This document shows, in pieces, positions 1-14,199 of a DNA stretch of 64,000 nt (the first letter of the stretch is position 1; each line of letters starts with the position of its first letter). Below the pieces are notes generated by a model, which saw only the letters and a program-made list of their open reading frames with translations, searched no databases and was not told the origin of the DNA. This DNA comes from the human T2T-CHM13v2.0 reference genome, Homo sapiens. The stretch lies in assembly GCF_009914755.1 (NCBI RefSeq), contig NC_060937.1; one strand, given 5' to 3'. The position numbers and the translations under genes were made by a program.

Positions 1-1683
1 CTCACAGACTAGAAGAATCAATATTGTTAAAATGGCCACACTGTCCAAAGCAATATACAGATTCAATGTTATTCCTATGAAACTACCAAGTCAGTTTTCA
101 CAGAATTAGAAAAACTATTTTAAAATTCATATGGAACCAAAAAAGAGCCCAAGTACCCAAAGCAATCTTCAGCAAAAAGAACAAAGCTGGAGGCATCACA
201 CTACCTGACTTCAAACTATACTATAAGGCTATAGTAGCCAAAAGAGCATAGTATTGATTTTTTAAAAATAGACATATACACCGATGGAACAGAACAGAGA
301 ACCCCAAATTAAAGCTGCACACCTACAACCATTTGGTCTTTGACAAAGCTGACAAAAACAAGCAGTGGGAAAAGCACTCCCTATTTGATAAATGGTGCTG
401 CATATGGCTAGTCATATGCAGAAGAATAAAACTAGATCCCTACTTTTCACCACATAAAAAAGTAACTCAAGAAGGATTAAAGATTTAAATGATAGATCTC
501 AAACTATAAAAATCATAGAAGAAAACCTAGGAAATACCCTTCTCAATATTGGCATTGGAAAATAATTTTTGGTTTTTCTTTCAAGAATGTTTGGCTTTCT
601 TTCAAAAGCAACTGCGAAAACAAAAGCAAAATTTGACAAATTGGACCTAATTAAACTAAAGCGCTTTTGTACAACAAAAGAAACTATCAACAGAATAAAC
701 AGATAACTTATAGAACTGGAGAAAATATTTGCAAACTATGTATCTGAGAAAGGTCTAATGTCCAGAATCTATAAGGAACTTAAACAAATTATAAGCAAAA
801 AATGAATATGTTCATTAAAAAATGGGCAAAGGACATGAACAGACACTTTCCAAAAGAAGACATACAAGTGGTCAGCAGCATTTGAAAAAAATGTTCAATG
901 TCACTAATCATCAGAGAAATGGAAATCAAAGCCACAATGAGATACCCTTTCATATCAGTCAGAATGGCTGGTAATAAAACGTCAAAAAATAACAGATGCT
1001 GATGATGCTGCAGAGAAAAGAGAATGCTTATACACTGTTGGTGGAAATGTAAATTATTTCAGCCACTATGGAAAGCAGTTTGGAGATTTCTCAAAGAATG
1101 TAAAACAGAACTACCATTTGACCCAGTAATCCCATTACTGGGTATATATCCAAAGGAAAATACATCATTCTACCAAAAAGACACATGCACCTGCATGCTC
1201 ATCACAGCACTATCCACAATAGCAAAGACGTAAAATCAACCAAGGTGCCATCAATGGTGGATTGGATGAAGAAGATGTGGTACCTATATACCATGGAATA
1301 CTGTACAGCTATAGAAAAGAACAAGATCATGTCCTTTGCAGCAACATGAATGCAGCTGGAGGCCATAATCCTAAGTGAATTAACGCAGGGACAGAAAACC
1401 AAATACTACACGCTCTCACTTAAAAGTGAGCTAAACATTGACTATGTATGGACATAAAGATGGGAACAATAGACACTGTGGACTTCTAGAGTGGGGAGAA
1501 AGGGGGATGTGAGCTGAAAAACTACCTATTGGGTACTATGCTCACTATCTTGATGACGGGATCCATACCCTAAACCACAGCATTCTGCAATATACCCATG
1601 TAACAAACCTGCACATGTACCCCCAAATGTAAAATAAAAGTTGAAATTATAAAAACAAAACAATAATAAATAAATAAATAAAC
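1..1683 (+). mobile_element. LINE-1 3' portion (end of ORF2, 3'UTR, A-rich tail), L1PA15-17/L1PB-like; runs off the left edge
   Basis: ORF 1024-1233 HCWWKCKLFQPLWKAVWRFLK is the L1 ORF2 C-terminus; 3'UTR GGGTACTATGCTCACT...AACAAACCTGCACATGTACCCC...AATAAAAGTTG; AATA tail ~1650-1683; stops and frameshifts throughout. Confidence 0.97.
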
Positions 1684-1789
1684 GCTTCAATGCAGTGTAA
1701 TAAGAGTTCCAGGAGAAAAAAGTTTTAGAATTGGAAAAAACAATGAATCTTTTCACCGGAAGAGCGCCCTGTGGATTCAGAAGTAATCC

Positions 1790-2160
1790 CAATAACATGA
1801 AGTTTGAAACAGTGAAAAGAAATAAACTCTCTGAAAGAAATGCAGAGATAAAAGAATAACAAGATAATGAAAGCCAGAGAAATAGGAAACATCAATGATT
1901 GGTGCAGAGGGTAAGAAGACAACCCAGCCAAGAAGAGTTAAAGAGTTAAGGGTATAAAAAATAAAATGTCATAGAAGCCTAATGAGCACAAAGTTTTAAG
2001 ATGAGGTGAACTAAGTGTCAAGTGCCACAGAGCACGAGAAGAGTCTTGGAACTGAGTAAAGACAATGACAAATGCCAAGAAGTAGATCATTTATTATTTT
2101 AGAGACAGTTGTTTACACAGAAGGATGATAACAAAGGACATAATGTATAATATGAAAGAG
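1790..2160 (-). mobile_element. L2 fragment
   Basis: Purine-rich tract with TGTCATAGAAGCC...AGTGTCAAGTGCCACAGAG resembling antisense L2; boundaries approximate. Confidence 0.55.
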
Positions 2161-2349
2161 ATGAGTAGAAAGAAATCTGAGAATTTCAATCACAGGCTAG
2201 TGAGATCCTAAGAGCATAATCATAACTCAACTTCTGCTCTGTTCATGTGAAATAAAGTTGTTTCAATCTATTGATTTATTATGCTTATCAATATACATAC
2301 GCAGTGTTTTCTGTAAATAACTATTGAATTCAATTGAGGCAGAAACAGG

Positions 2350-2440
2350 CTAATGCAATGGAAAGGACACTGGCCTGGGCATCTGATCCGAATTCTAGTT
2401 CTGATTTACCAGACAGTAAGACCTCAGGCAAGATTATATC
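2350..2440 (+). mobile_element. MIR fragment
   Basis: GGAAAGGACACTGGCCTGGG...TTCTAGTTCTG...GACCTCAGGCAAG resembles the MIR 5' part. Confidence 0.5.
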
Positions 2441-2465
2441 TACTAAAGGAATATTTATACTAACT

Positions 2466-2960
2466 TAGTGGTTCTCAATTATTGTCAGGGGCACCCTGGC
2501 ATGCTGCCAAATTTCAAGTAATGTTAAATTTTAACTTTGGTGACAATTTACATTTCATATTTTCCAAGTGAATCTTTTACATGGCATGTAGTGCTGAATG
2601 GGTCACGTGAAAAATTGGAGACTGATGCACAACTTGTGGCCAGGGATGAGTAAATGCATTCCATGACATCAGGCCACCATCAGAGAAAGTCATGTTTCTA
2701 GGATTTGTGATAGTTTTCTCTCACAAGTATATGAGACATCTCAGGACAGTAAACATCTCTTCTCAATCAAAAACACAAGAACAAAGGGTGAGCTTCTGTG
2801 TGGGTCTCTGTATATACCCTATAAGATGCTGATATTCTGTAGCTGGGATTGCAGTTGTAATTATTGCTGACTTATTTAGTGGTATTTAACTACTTTAAAT
2901 ATAATAACCACAATCCTATATTTGAAAGTGTGCCATGAACAAAAAATATGCATAACTACT
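2466..2960. mobile_element. Possible old hAT-Charlie DNA transposon remnant
   Basis: Begins TAGTGGTTCTCAA (hAT-Charlie terminal-repeat-like); GTGTGCCATGAAC subterminal-like motif near 2930; right end not resolved. Confidence 0.3.
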
Positions 2961-3294
2961 GAATTTAGTCATCAATGAGATCCCCTCCAGTCATAATATT
3001 CTATCATTTTAAGACAATGAGTTCTAGCGTTGATGTCCATTAAAAATCAGCCCTTTATTTCTAAGGCCTCATCTTCAAAAAGAACTTACCCTCGCTCAAT
3101 TCAGAGCACTAAAAAAGCCAGTTCCTTGAATACATTCTGGCTGAAGGTCTATAAAACATTTTCATTTGATTTAAAGAAGATTTTTCTTTTCACTTTTTAC
3201 TCTTGCCTTGTTTCTGTTCTTGAAGACATACTACACATGGCAGTAGCTATATTAGACTACTAATATTAATACCCTTTTTTAAAAAAAGATCGAT

Positions 3295-4375
<1,081 letters not shown>

Positions 4376-4379
4376 CACA

Positions 4380-4447
4380 AAGAAAAGAAAAAAGACGGAA
4401 GGAAGGAGGGAAGGAAGGAAGGAAGGAAAAAAGGAAAAAAGAAAGAG
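4380..4447 (+). repeat. Purine-rich (GGAA)n/(GAAA)n simple repeat
   Basis: GGAA x2, GGAG, GGAA x5 at 4397-4428 with A-rich flanks. Confidence 0.9.
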
Positions 4448-4469
4448 AATTGTCACCTCAAAAGGCTGC

Positions 4470-4705
4470 TAATGTTAAATGAATAAATACTAATAAAATA
4501 TCTTAAACATTGCCTGACATCTAGTAAAGCCCTCAGTAAATATTAACTATCACTATTATTATTATTATTGTTATTATTATTATCAGCCAAATGGGGAACG
4601 TGATACTTCCTACCCCATTGGATCGGGGGCAGAATTGAATGAGCCAATACATGGTAAATACATTTGCTCCCATGCTACGCACCTTATGAGGGCTCAACAG
4701 ATGTA
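4470..4705 (+). mobile_element. Two MIR 3' fragments separated by (ATT)n
   Basis: TGCCTGACATCTAGTAAAGCCCTCAGTAAATATTAACTAT, then (ATT)n 4554-4583, then AAATGGGG...AATTGAATGAG. Confidence 0.6.
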
Positions 4706-5074
4706 AGAAGGGGCAGTCAGTGGGAATGGTGGGTTTGTTGCTATTGTCATTTGCTTGTTTATAAGATTTAAATAGTCCACATACTTGGATGAATATTAGT
4801 TCTTTTTAGTTTCCCACTATCCCAGTGGAGTAGATACAGACAGAGAAAGATGTTGCAGCTAGTCTAGGGTAGGTGCACCACTAGCAATTTTCGATACCAA
4901 GCTCTGCCTTCTCTTTACAATGAAAGAGGCAACATGTGCTCCTGTCGAAGTACTTATTGAAGACTTACTCTGTTTCTGGGTGCTGTAGGGCACAGAGGTG
5001 TAGATTCCAATCCTGGCCTTAACACAATTTAGCCTCATTAAGGTGATGTGGCACACACTTCACTAGCAATATTT

Positions 5075-5200
5075 ATTAATAATACTAAGAGTTTATCCCA
5101 TGCCAGTCATGGTATTAAATACTTCATAAGCATTTCTTATTTAATCCTCTGAACAACCCTACGGGTAGATATAATCATCATCATCATCATCATTATAATA
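5075..5200 (-). mobile_element. MIR fragment followed by (ATC)n
   Basis: ATGCCAGTCATGGTATTAAATACTT...ATTTAATCCTCTGAACAACCCT; ATC repeats ~5174-5193. Confidence 0.65.
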
Positions 5201-6158
5201 ATTTTAAAATTACTATTACAAATAAAAAAGTTGTTGATCTCCAATCTACAATCTGAAGACCTACTAGCAGGTTGGCCCATTGGTTTCCAGGTTCTTCCCT
5301 GTAACAAGTGATTCATTTGAGCTCCCAACCAAGCACAGCTTTGGAAGAGAGTGATTTGAGTGAAAAGCTTTGGTGGTGAGATTATTACTTTGTGGAGCAA
5401 AGTCTCAGGGAGGTGGCAGAGCTACCTCATGCAGGATGGTCAGAGCAAACAAGAGAAAACAGGCTGGGCTTCTGTAAGGAGAGGTCCTGCTCCAGGCCCT
5501 GGGGAAGAGCTGTCCAAGGTGCCCGTGTTGGTGGGTGGTGGCTCTGGGAAGACTGCGACATTCAAATGAGCTGAGAAATGTTGCAGGGCCCTCTCACACA
5601 TACCTGAGACTAGTTATATGATAAGGCTTCTGAGAGCAAAGGAAAAGGCACTTCAGCAAACTCCTTCAGATAATTTTTGTCCATGAAAGTGCGACCCTTG
5701 AAGGTGTCTGATTTGCCCTGCTTCCATTTCATTTCTAATCCCTCAGTGCCTTTAATCACATCCTTAGGTGGTTCTGATAATTATTAAATATTCATTTTGG
5801 CTTATAATTTCCTACTTATTATAAAATAAATTTTATTATAAGTGAGAAATGTTTAGCATCTAATATAATGTAAGAGAAAAGTAATATGGTTCACCTCTCA
5901 AAGAGGATTATGACAAACATACATCCACCAACCCTTGACCAAAAGCTCTGTATAAGGCAGTGAAATAGAAAGTTTGGTTTTGAAACACATAATTGGGCAG
6001 GTTAAAATTGTTTAAAAGGCAAGAATTCTACTCAAGCTTAAGGCTTCTCTTCAGACAGGAAATTGCTCACCTTTGAGGGTAGCAAAAATATCTTTTTACC
6101 TGCACATGTGAAGGCGCCATTTCCTCTACTACATGGCTCTCATGTATAAAATAGGGTG

Positions 6159-6471
<313 letters not shown>

Positions 6472-6519
6472 ATAAAATAGGGTGAATTCTATCTGCCCTA
6501 CCTACTTTACAGTACACCC

Positions 6520-7056
6520 ATCTCTGTTATATACCCATGTTCATAGTAGCATTATGCAATATACACATACAATGGAATACCACTGAGTCTTAAAAAGGAA
6601 GAAAATTCTGACTCATGCTACAATACGGATGAACCTCGAGGACATCGTGCTGACTGAAGTAAGTCAGTGATGAAGAGACAAACACCGTATGATTCCAATT
6701 ATGTGAGGTATTTAGAATACTCAGCCTCACAGAGTCAGAAAGTGGAAAGGTGGTTGCCGGGGGAGAGGGTCTAGGAATGGGGAGTTATTTTTTAATGGGT
6801 ACAGTTTTAATTTTGCAAGATAAAAAGAGTTATCGTGCAGCAAACCAACATGGCACATGTATACGTATGTAACAAACCTGCACATTGTGCACATGTACCC
6901 CAGAACTTAAAGTATAATAATTGAAAAAAAGAGTTCTGGAGTTGGATGCTGGTGATTGCACAACAAGGTAAATGTACTTAATGCCACTGAACTGTACACC
7001 TAAAAATGACTAGGATGGTAAATTTTATGTTACGTATACTTTATCACAATTCAAAA
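6520..7056 (+). mobile_element. L1MB-like 3' end, split by a younger L1PA stub
   Basis: CATGTTCATAGTAGCATTA...AATGGAATAC...; ends ACTTAATGCCACTGAACTGTACAC...GGTAAATTTTATGTTA. Confidence 0.85.
6832..6930 (+). mobile_element. ~95-bp 5'-truncated L1PA insertion
   Basis: GCAGCAAACCAACATGGCACATGTATACG...CAGAACTTAAAGTATAATAA; TSD AAAAAGAGTT at 6822-6831 and 6926-6935. Confidence 0.92.
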
Positions 7057-7069
7057 TTTTTTTCTTGAT

Positions 7070-7190
7070 ATTGATGCCAGGGCCAGACTAATTGAATCAG
7101 TCTATAAGGGTTAGGGCTGGAGGTTTGCTGTTTTGTAAAAGCTCCTTGGCATTTTCTGTTGCACAGACAGCGTCAGAGTTTGCTCTAGAA
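7070..7190. mobile_element. MER5-like DNA element fragment
   Basis: CCAGACTAATTGAATCAG...TGTTTTGTAAAAGCTCC resembles MER5A. Confidence 0.5.
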
Positions 7191-7469
7191 CAACACATCC
7201 CCACTCTGGCCCTACTCCCTGGAAACACTCCTCTTCAGTACCAAAATGTCATTTGCTAGTTTGAGTCAAAATAAGAATGAAAATCAATGACATCACCTCC
7301 TGCGAATATTCTCTTGAGTATATTCTTCTTGGAGAAGAGAAAAGAAGATTCTGTCCTGGTTTGCCAACAAGAAAGAGTCCTCTGTGTTCTTATTCTATTC
7401 TGAAACAAACCTCACTCTGAATTCTCTGGCCCAGGAAAAAAAGCTGTGGTATCTGGAGAAAGCAAATGG

Positions 7470-7840
7470 ATCCCAGGCTCCAATCAACGGAAGAATGCCT
7501 GGGGAATCAGAAGAACATTATGGTGTTGTATAAATTTCTGGTGAGGTTTCAGCCTGCAGCATTGTCCTGAATTCTATGTAAAACACCAAGGATGCTGGTG
7601 AATTGGAAGGTGACTTTGATAATCATGGGCCTGGGGCCTTACTGTGATGAAGTTAGAAAAAAAAGATATAGGTTTACAGTCAGAGGAAGAGAGGAAATGA
7701 AGGAAGAAGAGGTTTATGGCGTGCACTAGAGGAGAGATTTGTTGCAAAGCATCTGAGAGGATGATGAAACACTCTAAAACAATTAAGTGTGCATTCTCTT
7801 CTGCAAAGAAAGGTCAAGGAATTTGGTTTAGGTCTGAGAA
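7470..7840 (+). mobile_element. CR1/L3-like fragment (3' part of ORF2)
   Basis: Hand translation across frameshifts gives LYKFLVR..LQHCPEFY..KDAGELE..IGLQSEEER versus the CR1 pattern LYKALVRPHLEYCVQFW..KDIDKLE..LGLFSLEKRR. Confidence 0.5.
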
Positions 7841-7977
7841 AGGCAAGGACTGATGGGAAGATTAGGATTCTTAAAGTCTTTTATCTTTGCTGCCAATTGG
7901 GGGCGTGGAGAAAGGAGGTCTCATTCTCATTCTGGATATTTCTATTGCCGCATTGGTCAGCTGGTGCATTGTTTGAG

Positions 7978-8397
7978 GCAACACTGTCCAATAGAACTTT
8001 CTGATGATAAAAATGTTCAAGGGGTTCATTGGAACTATTTCTACTAGCTCAGCTGAGCTGACTGCTACCTTTTCAGGAATTCTGTGAGCTGGTTTTAAGC
8101 ACCATTATTATTGAACAATTAAATTGTTTAAACTTACTATTAAATATGGTACTAAAAGACAGATGTAGCAAATACTCAAAACTCATCACTTCTTAATTAT
8201 TTTACTACATTTTACTATTATATATGCACTGTGGTTTGCACTCTCCAGTATGGTAGCCAGTAACCACATGTGACCATTGAGCGCTTGCAATTAGCGAGTG
8301 TGACTGCAGAACTGAATTTTCAATTCAATTAGATTAATTTACATGTAAATAGCCACATGTGGCTAGTGGCCAGTGGCTACTGTAACAGACAGTGCAG
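7978..8397. mobile_element. MER3 (hAT-Charlie) split by an insertion
   Basis: CACTGTCCAATAGAACTTTCTGATGATAAAAATGTTC (to ~8018) resumes at ~8238 TGCACTCTCCAGTATGGTAGCC...AGCCACATGTGGCTAGTGG...ACAGTG. Confidence 0.85.
8019..8236. mobile_element. MER63-like (hAT-Blackjack) fragment nested in MER3
   Basis: TTTTCAGGAATT...AAATACTCAAAACTCATCACTTCTTAATTATTTTACTACATTTTACTATTA matches my recollection of MER63. Confidence 0.75.
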
Positions 8398-10109
8398 GTT
8401 TGGGATTTTTGTAAAAAGCAAAAACTGTTATCAGAACTGATCACTAATCACTGTTATCAGATCTGACTGCTATTAGAAGAACATTTATGTATTTCAGTTA
8501 CTAAATGAATCTTTCTCTTTCATGTCAATTATTTAGGTTTTTATTATCAGATCATTTGGATCTGATTTCAGGTTACTTGGGAGGACAGTGATGGAGAAAG
8601 TAGAAAGCGCTGGAGAGAGAGAATTCATTCTAAACTGAATTCTTAGTGCTTTGTGAGGTTGCATGCTAATGCCAGCAGGTAAGCTCTGAGCTTGATGTTG
8701 TGTGATCCCACGAGCTCAAACCAACAGACAAACTTGCTTGCCTGATCCAGAGCTGACTTTGGATCCTGGCGTGTCATTGGCAGGCATTTGCGGAGTTCAT
8801 TCAGAGTTCAGGAACATCACTAGACTCCTCAGATGGAGAAGGGACCCCAGCCGGGATCCCTTGGTTCAGAAGCCACCACAGTTTGCAAGGGAGTGGCCTC
8901 AGCCTTCCCAAGCTGTCAAAGGTCAGCCTGGTCAGCCAGCTGGGAGGTTTTGGAGAATTAGCACTTAAAGCTATTGCCTCTCAGATGTACCTAACCTCAT
9001 TTCTCTTCCCCATTCCCCCAGGTACCTCCTTGCTTTAATTTCCCTGCAGGTTTCAGAAAGGATGCATTAAATTATAATCACTAGCTGTTTTGTGAGCAGC
9101 CTTTTGTGACCAATAATGACTGTAATGAGAGAAAAGAAAAAGGGAAAATGGGATGATTGAAGCTCACTGGGATGCTTTTGCTGAGCCATTTGTAAAGCAA
9201 CACAAACAGACAAATGGGGCTCTTCTTTGCCCATTAATTTGTGTCTGTGATTTCGTTTGCCACCGAAAGGTGAGCCTGTTTATTAGGCATCTGCTAGACA
9301 ACAGAGACCACTTTACTTAACCTAAGGTGGGATCTTAGAGACAGCAGGAGTCACATGACTGTCTCCGGCAGCCTTCACAATCTTATGTGTAGTCAGCTCT
9401 GCAAGTCCTGCTATGTGGTTCAACTAAAACTACAGCTGGGGATCTGTCCATTAAAGCGTTGATATCCTAATAAATCTGCCCCTCCTTCCTAGCCCCAGAG
9501 TTCAGGCTTTTCCTGCTCATCTGGACCCTTGAAGCAGCTCCTCCCTATCTTGCTGAAAAGGTAGAGATCTAATCATAACACTCCCATGGGCTAGAATCTT
9601 CAGCAGCTCCCTACTATCTGTAAGCAGCTATAATGACCTTCAAGGACCTCTGCAGTGCTGACTTTACGTAACGATGTAATTAGATGGTAAGTTCTCTTAG
9701 GGCAGGGACTGTGTGTCTTGTTCAGCTTTTTATCAGAAATGGCAAAGTGGCTTGTGCTTCACAGGTCCAGAAGAGTCTCCTGAACTGGATTAAATCCAAA
9801 GTAAAAAGAAAAATAAATTCCAATCTTTTCATCAAGTGCTGTTACTTGGATATGCAGACATAAAAGAAAAAAAGAGAGAGAAACACACAGAAAGTTTGTA
9901 CTGTTCTCTAGAGAAATTATTTTAAAACTTTTCTTAACACAGTAGAAACCTTATAAAAATGTCTCTGCTTCCTACCAAAAGTTAGATGTCAGAAATCCTG
10001 TAACTTGGACCAACTCTGCCCCAGGTTCCTGGGCATCTTGGAGACCACACCAATGCCATCCAAAGGAACTCCAGTTTAGAAATCATGATGTAGAGTAACA
10101 GAGAGTAGG

Positions 10110-10250
10110 ATGGAAGACAGGAGATCCAGGTTGTACTCATTGCTCTGCCATTAACTAGCTCTGTGATCTTGGAGATATTCTCTCTTCTGTAAAATGAAAA
10201 TGGGGCTAAATGGTCACTAGTGTCTCTCAGCTTTAAAAATCTATGACTTT
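10110..10250 (+). mobile_element. MIR3-like fragment
   Basis: GCTCTGCCATTAACTAGCTCTGTGATCTTGG...CTGTAAAATG...CAGCTTTAAAAATCTATGA. Confidence 0.7.
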
Positions 10251-10592
10251 TAAAAGGTAGAATAAACTTTTCCAAAGAACTGGAGACACTCAAATCCATT
10301 TCTTTCCATTTTTTTACTGTGAATCTTAAAGATCAAAGATTTTAGCACAGCTCCCATTGGGGTTCATTCAACAGACATGTGCTTATCACAGATCAGTAAA
10401 CTTGAAGGGCTGACCCTGTGTTCTTATTGATAAGTCTGCAAACCTCTCTTCATCCTAGGTTTTAAAGTCCACTTTTAGAACAATACTAAGGAGATTGCTT
10501 AGACAAGCCTTTTGTCAATCCTTTCTCCTCCCCAGGATATAATCCAGTGAAAACTGTCCATTAGGGCTAATTCTGAAGAATACCATTCCTCC

Positions 10593-11570
10593 TATAGCAG
10601 ACGCTATAGGTGGCATGTCACCAAGTCCCCTCTTCAGAACTGACACACGCAACCCCCAGCTGCTGGGGAGAGCAGCTACTGATGGCTTACAGCTGCACTC
10701 TTCACTAGGCTTTCCCAGTGCCACAGGGAATCACCTCACCCAAGTTTATGCCCTGTGGGAGAATTAAAGATGGCAGCAAATTCTTTATTACTCCTCTCAT
10801 TGAGAGATGGGGTTGAATCCCACCCACACACTTTGAATTTCAGGCAGGCTCTGTGACTGCCTTGATCAATAGAATTCAGCAGAATTGTTACTGTTCCAGT
10901 TTTGGGGCCCATGACATAAGAGGCTAGAAAATTCCAGGCTTTGTCTTTTGGTGGATTCTCTGTGAACCCTGAGCTATGCAAGAATCCCAACTACACTGCA
11001 ACCACCATCCTGGAGAAGCCACAGGTAGATGATATGGTTGAGAGTCTCTGATGCACCTAGCCTTCCAGTCACCCCTGCCAAGGGGCCAGACATGTAAGTG
11101 AAGCTGCCTTTAATCCTCCAGACCAGACTAGCCCATCCACCAGCTCAGTACCACCAAGCAACCCTTGCCAATGAAGCATCCACCAGCTGAGTCCCATCTG
11201 AATTCCTGACCCACAAATTTGCAAGATATGGTAGACTGCCACTAAGTTTTGGAGTCGTTTGTTACATGGCAAAACATAACTGGAACATGCCTTTCTCCTG
11301 GGGGTACAGAGGGGGCAGTTCACAGCCAATGAGTGGCTAATGCCAGGATGTAAAGGCCAGAACCCTTGCCTCAATGTTGGGCATTGAAAGGGCCTTCCAG
11401 CTCTAGAGCTCCCTGAAGGAGTGGCTGAGGCCTCATTTGCAAATGCCTTGTGGGTCAGCTTCTTCTCGGTCAAATCCTACCTTCTTCACTCCTTTACAGG
11501 TGTATCTCCCCAGTAAAACTTGGTACATGACACTCTGTCTCTGTCTTCCCAGGGAACCCAGTCTCAGATG
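10593..11570 (+). mobile_element. LTR16-family (ERVL) solo LTR interrupted by an MLT1 LTR
   Basis: Starts TATAGCAGACGCT; resumes after 11292 with CAGCCAATG...CCCTTGCCTCAA...; ends CTGTCTTCCCAGGGAACCCAGTCTCAGA. Confidence 0.75.
10754..11287 (+). mobile_element. MLT1G/H-like MaLR solo LTR
   Basis: TGT...ACA termini; AAAGATGGCAGCAAATTCTTT start; TSD TGCCC (10749-10753) / TGCCT (11288-11292). Confidence 0.85.
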
Positions 11571-13805
11571 GCTCCACATCTTGCTTTCTTCAAGTGAATT
11601 TTCTCAGTTCCTCTTTCTCTTCCTTTGGGTTTGGGTTGTGTTGACAGAATAACTCAGGAAGAGTCCAGCTGATATAATATTTGGTGTCTTTGCGTTACTA
11701 CCTGGTGGGTAAATTAATATTTGTAGAATGAATTTTCGTTGAATAGAAGAATCGAGGGCATGTGTAAGGGCAGTAAATTATTTACTTTTTAATGATCTGT
11801 ATGTGTGGCAGGGCTGAGGGAATTCTAAACCCCTGCGATCCAAGCCATGTCCACGAATCTTTCATCTCTAGTAATCATAGAAAGTTAGTTGGGAGCAGTA
11901 GGAACCAGTGTCTCATTGATTGAAATAAACACAGAAAGATATGTGGGGTTTCAGTGTGGAGAGGTCCAATTAGTTACAAGATTTTTTGTCTGAGTAGAAT
12001 TAAAGCATTCATTTAGCTGAGTAATTGGTAAATTTACAGACAAGCAGATGGGCTAGGCTAGTTTGTACCTCTCTGTGCTCTGAGCTTGAGCATGTACTAC
12101 CCAGGAGATACAAAATTCAAGTAACAGATAGGATCTTTGCTTTTTAAAGCTTCCACCTAAGTGCACAAAGCAACAAGAGAAATTGTTATAAAGTAGCACA
12201 TTACCCAGAGAAAGAAAATATAAACACTCAACAGAAACTTCAAAAAAAAAAAAAAGGATTTGATCAGCATTGTGTGGGTTTTTCACTAAATTTGCATGAA
12301 GAAAGTCTACCTACTGCTTTACTTTAGCCACAGTTTCAATGTTCTGAGATGATTTCCTGAGCATATTTTTAAACTATTCTCTCCTAGCCTCCCATTCACT
12401 ATTGCTTAGGAAGCACTTAGAATATGATGGGTGCCATATAAATTCCTAGTGGGAAAAACGGTGGAGTGAATTGCCTCAAATAAGCTCTACTGCCTTTAGG
12501 CATCAGATTCCCCCCCTCTTTTTTCCTCTGCAACTTTACACATCCCCATAATGCCAGCAACTTAAGACTAGAAAACTTTCCTAGAAATAAAAATAAAATT
12601 TAAAAGTTGATGCTCTTTCCACTTGGATATTTTCCCCCATGGATTCTAGAATGCATATTCAGTTCTTACACAATGGAAAAGATATGTATAAAATAAATTT
12701 TCTGTTTTAAATTGAGAAAATAAGTCATTGAAGAATGACCGGAAGTTAGCCCACTGGGGCCTCCCCTGTGCCTGGGGTAATATGGAATTACTACCTTGGG
12801 AAGTAGAGCAGGTCTCAGCACAATCGCGGAAGTGCATTTGTCCTTGGAGCTGGGTAATGGCTTCCATGGCATGTTTAGGATGTGACTGATACCATTCCAG
12901 CTGCCACCACCCTTCACATCTGTCTTATGAGAGTTTCTTTAGTATCAGTCCTGGGTTGGGGTTTCTTCTCTCATCTTCCTTGGTTTCAGCTAGCTTTTTG
13001 TTCAGAGATGACTGGAACTAATTTCAGCCACACCCACATTTTCTTGTTGATGATGGATGAAGAGTAAACATCTGGCAGAATTCAATGTGGTGCTCACATC
13101 TTTGAGGCCTCTGGCTCCCTCCCTCTAGGGCACCTTGTTGTTCAAGGATGTCCAGTTTCCATAGCAAGTGTCCTGAGTTGTGACTCTCAAAGATCCTATG
13201 CCAGTGTGGCACTCCCAAGGCGTCCTGAGAAACCCAAAAGGACATCTCCCAAAAATCTCTGAATTCGCTGAATTCAAGTTTGGTGAAGCTCTAAGGTCGA
13301 GTTTTCCAGCTCTCCTTCTGTGACCCCTCTGGATGTGCCTCAATTTACCCAAAAAGGTGCTATGTTATGTTTCAAAGCTAAGGTGATTTTTATTTCCTTG
13401 AATTTTTATAAATACATATATGCAATAAAGCAATTTAGGAAATGTGGGGCCTAATAGATAAACAAATAACACTTTTCAAAGGGGCCTGGAATCAATGCCA
13501 TAGGCTTTCTTTCCTTTGTACTGACTTCCTTCATTCCTTAGCCCCATTTTCCTAGCAAATGAAGGAAGAGACTGGAAATAAGTCTTGGGGGATGAGAACA
13601 CAAATGCCTAGGAGGGGATCACATGTGATTTTTTCAGGAATAAGGAGTCTAGATCAACTAGAGCCAGTCAGTGACACAGCAGGTGTCTTGCAATCAGATG
13701 CAGCAACCCTGAGATGTGCCAGTTTACACCTGTTCTCTAGGGTTATCTCTCAAGTTTCCCAGAGGAAAAACGAGCTATCTTTCTAGCCTATGAACACTCC
13801 ATACA

Positions 13806-13961
13806 GCCGTGCTACTCAACCTGCAGTGTGGTACCAGGAGCAAGGGTATCACCAGGGAGTGTGTTAAAAATGAACAATCTCAGTCGCCACGCCCGGCCGG
13901 CTGAATCAGAAACAAATGCCTTGGGGTGAACCTTATGCATGTTGAAGTTTGAAAAGCACTG
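13806..13961. mobile_element. MER5A1-like DNA element
   Basis: AGTGTGGTACCAGG...GTTAAAAATG...CTGAATCAGAA...AAGTTTGAAAAGCACTG. Confidence 0.75.
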
Positions 13962-14199
13962 GCACACATGATGTCCCTCTTCACAGATCACTCCTGCAGC
14001 AGTTGCCTGCATCATGGACCGCCTCCTGGCCTCTGCTCCTGCCCTGTCTTCTCTACACAGCAATCTACACAACTCATCACAGCCTGATATCTCCATTCTG
14101 TCTTCATCATTCTGATCCCCTGAGCCTGGCAGGCAGGGTACTCTAAGATCTGAGCCCACCTGCAGCACCAGCCTCAACTGCCATCACTCCCAGCTTGAC

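Noticed and set aside
568-605. Short local duplication inside the first L1
   Set aside because: An ordinary slippage mutation in a dead element.
4397-4428. GGAA microsatellite as an ETS-fusion response element
   Set aside because: Only five consecutive units; more simply a decayed L1 tail.
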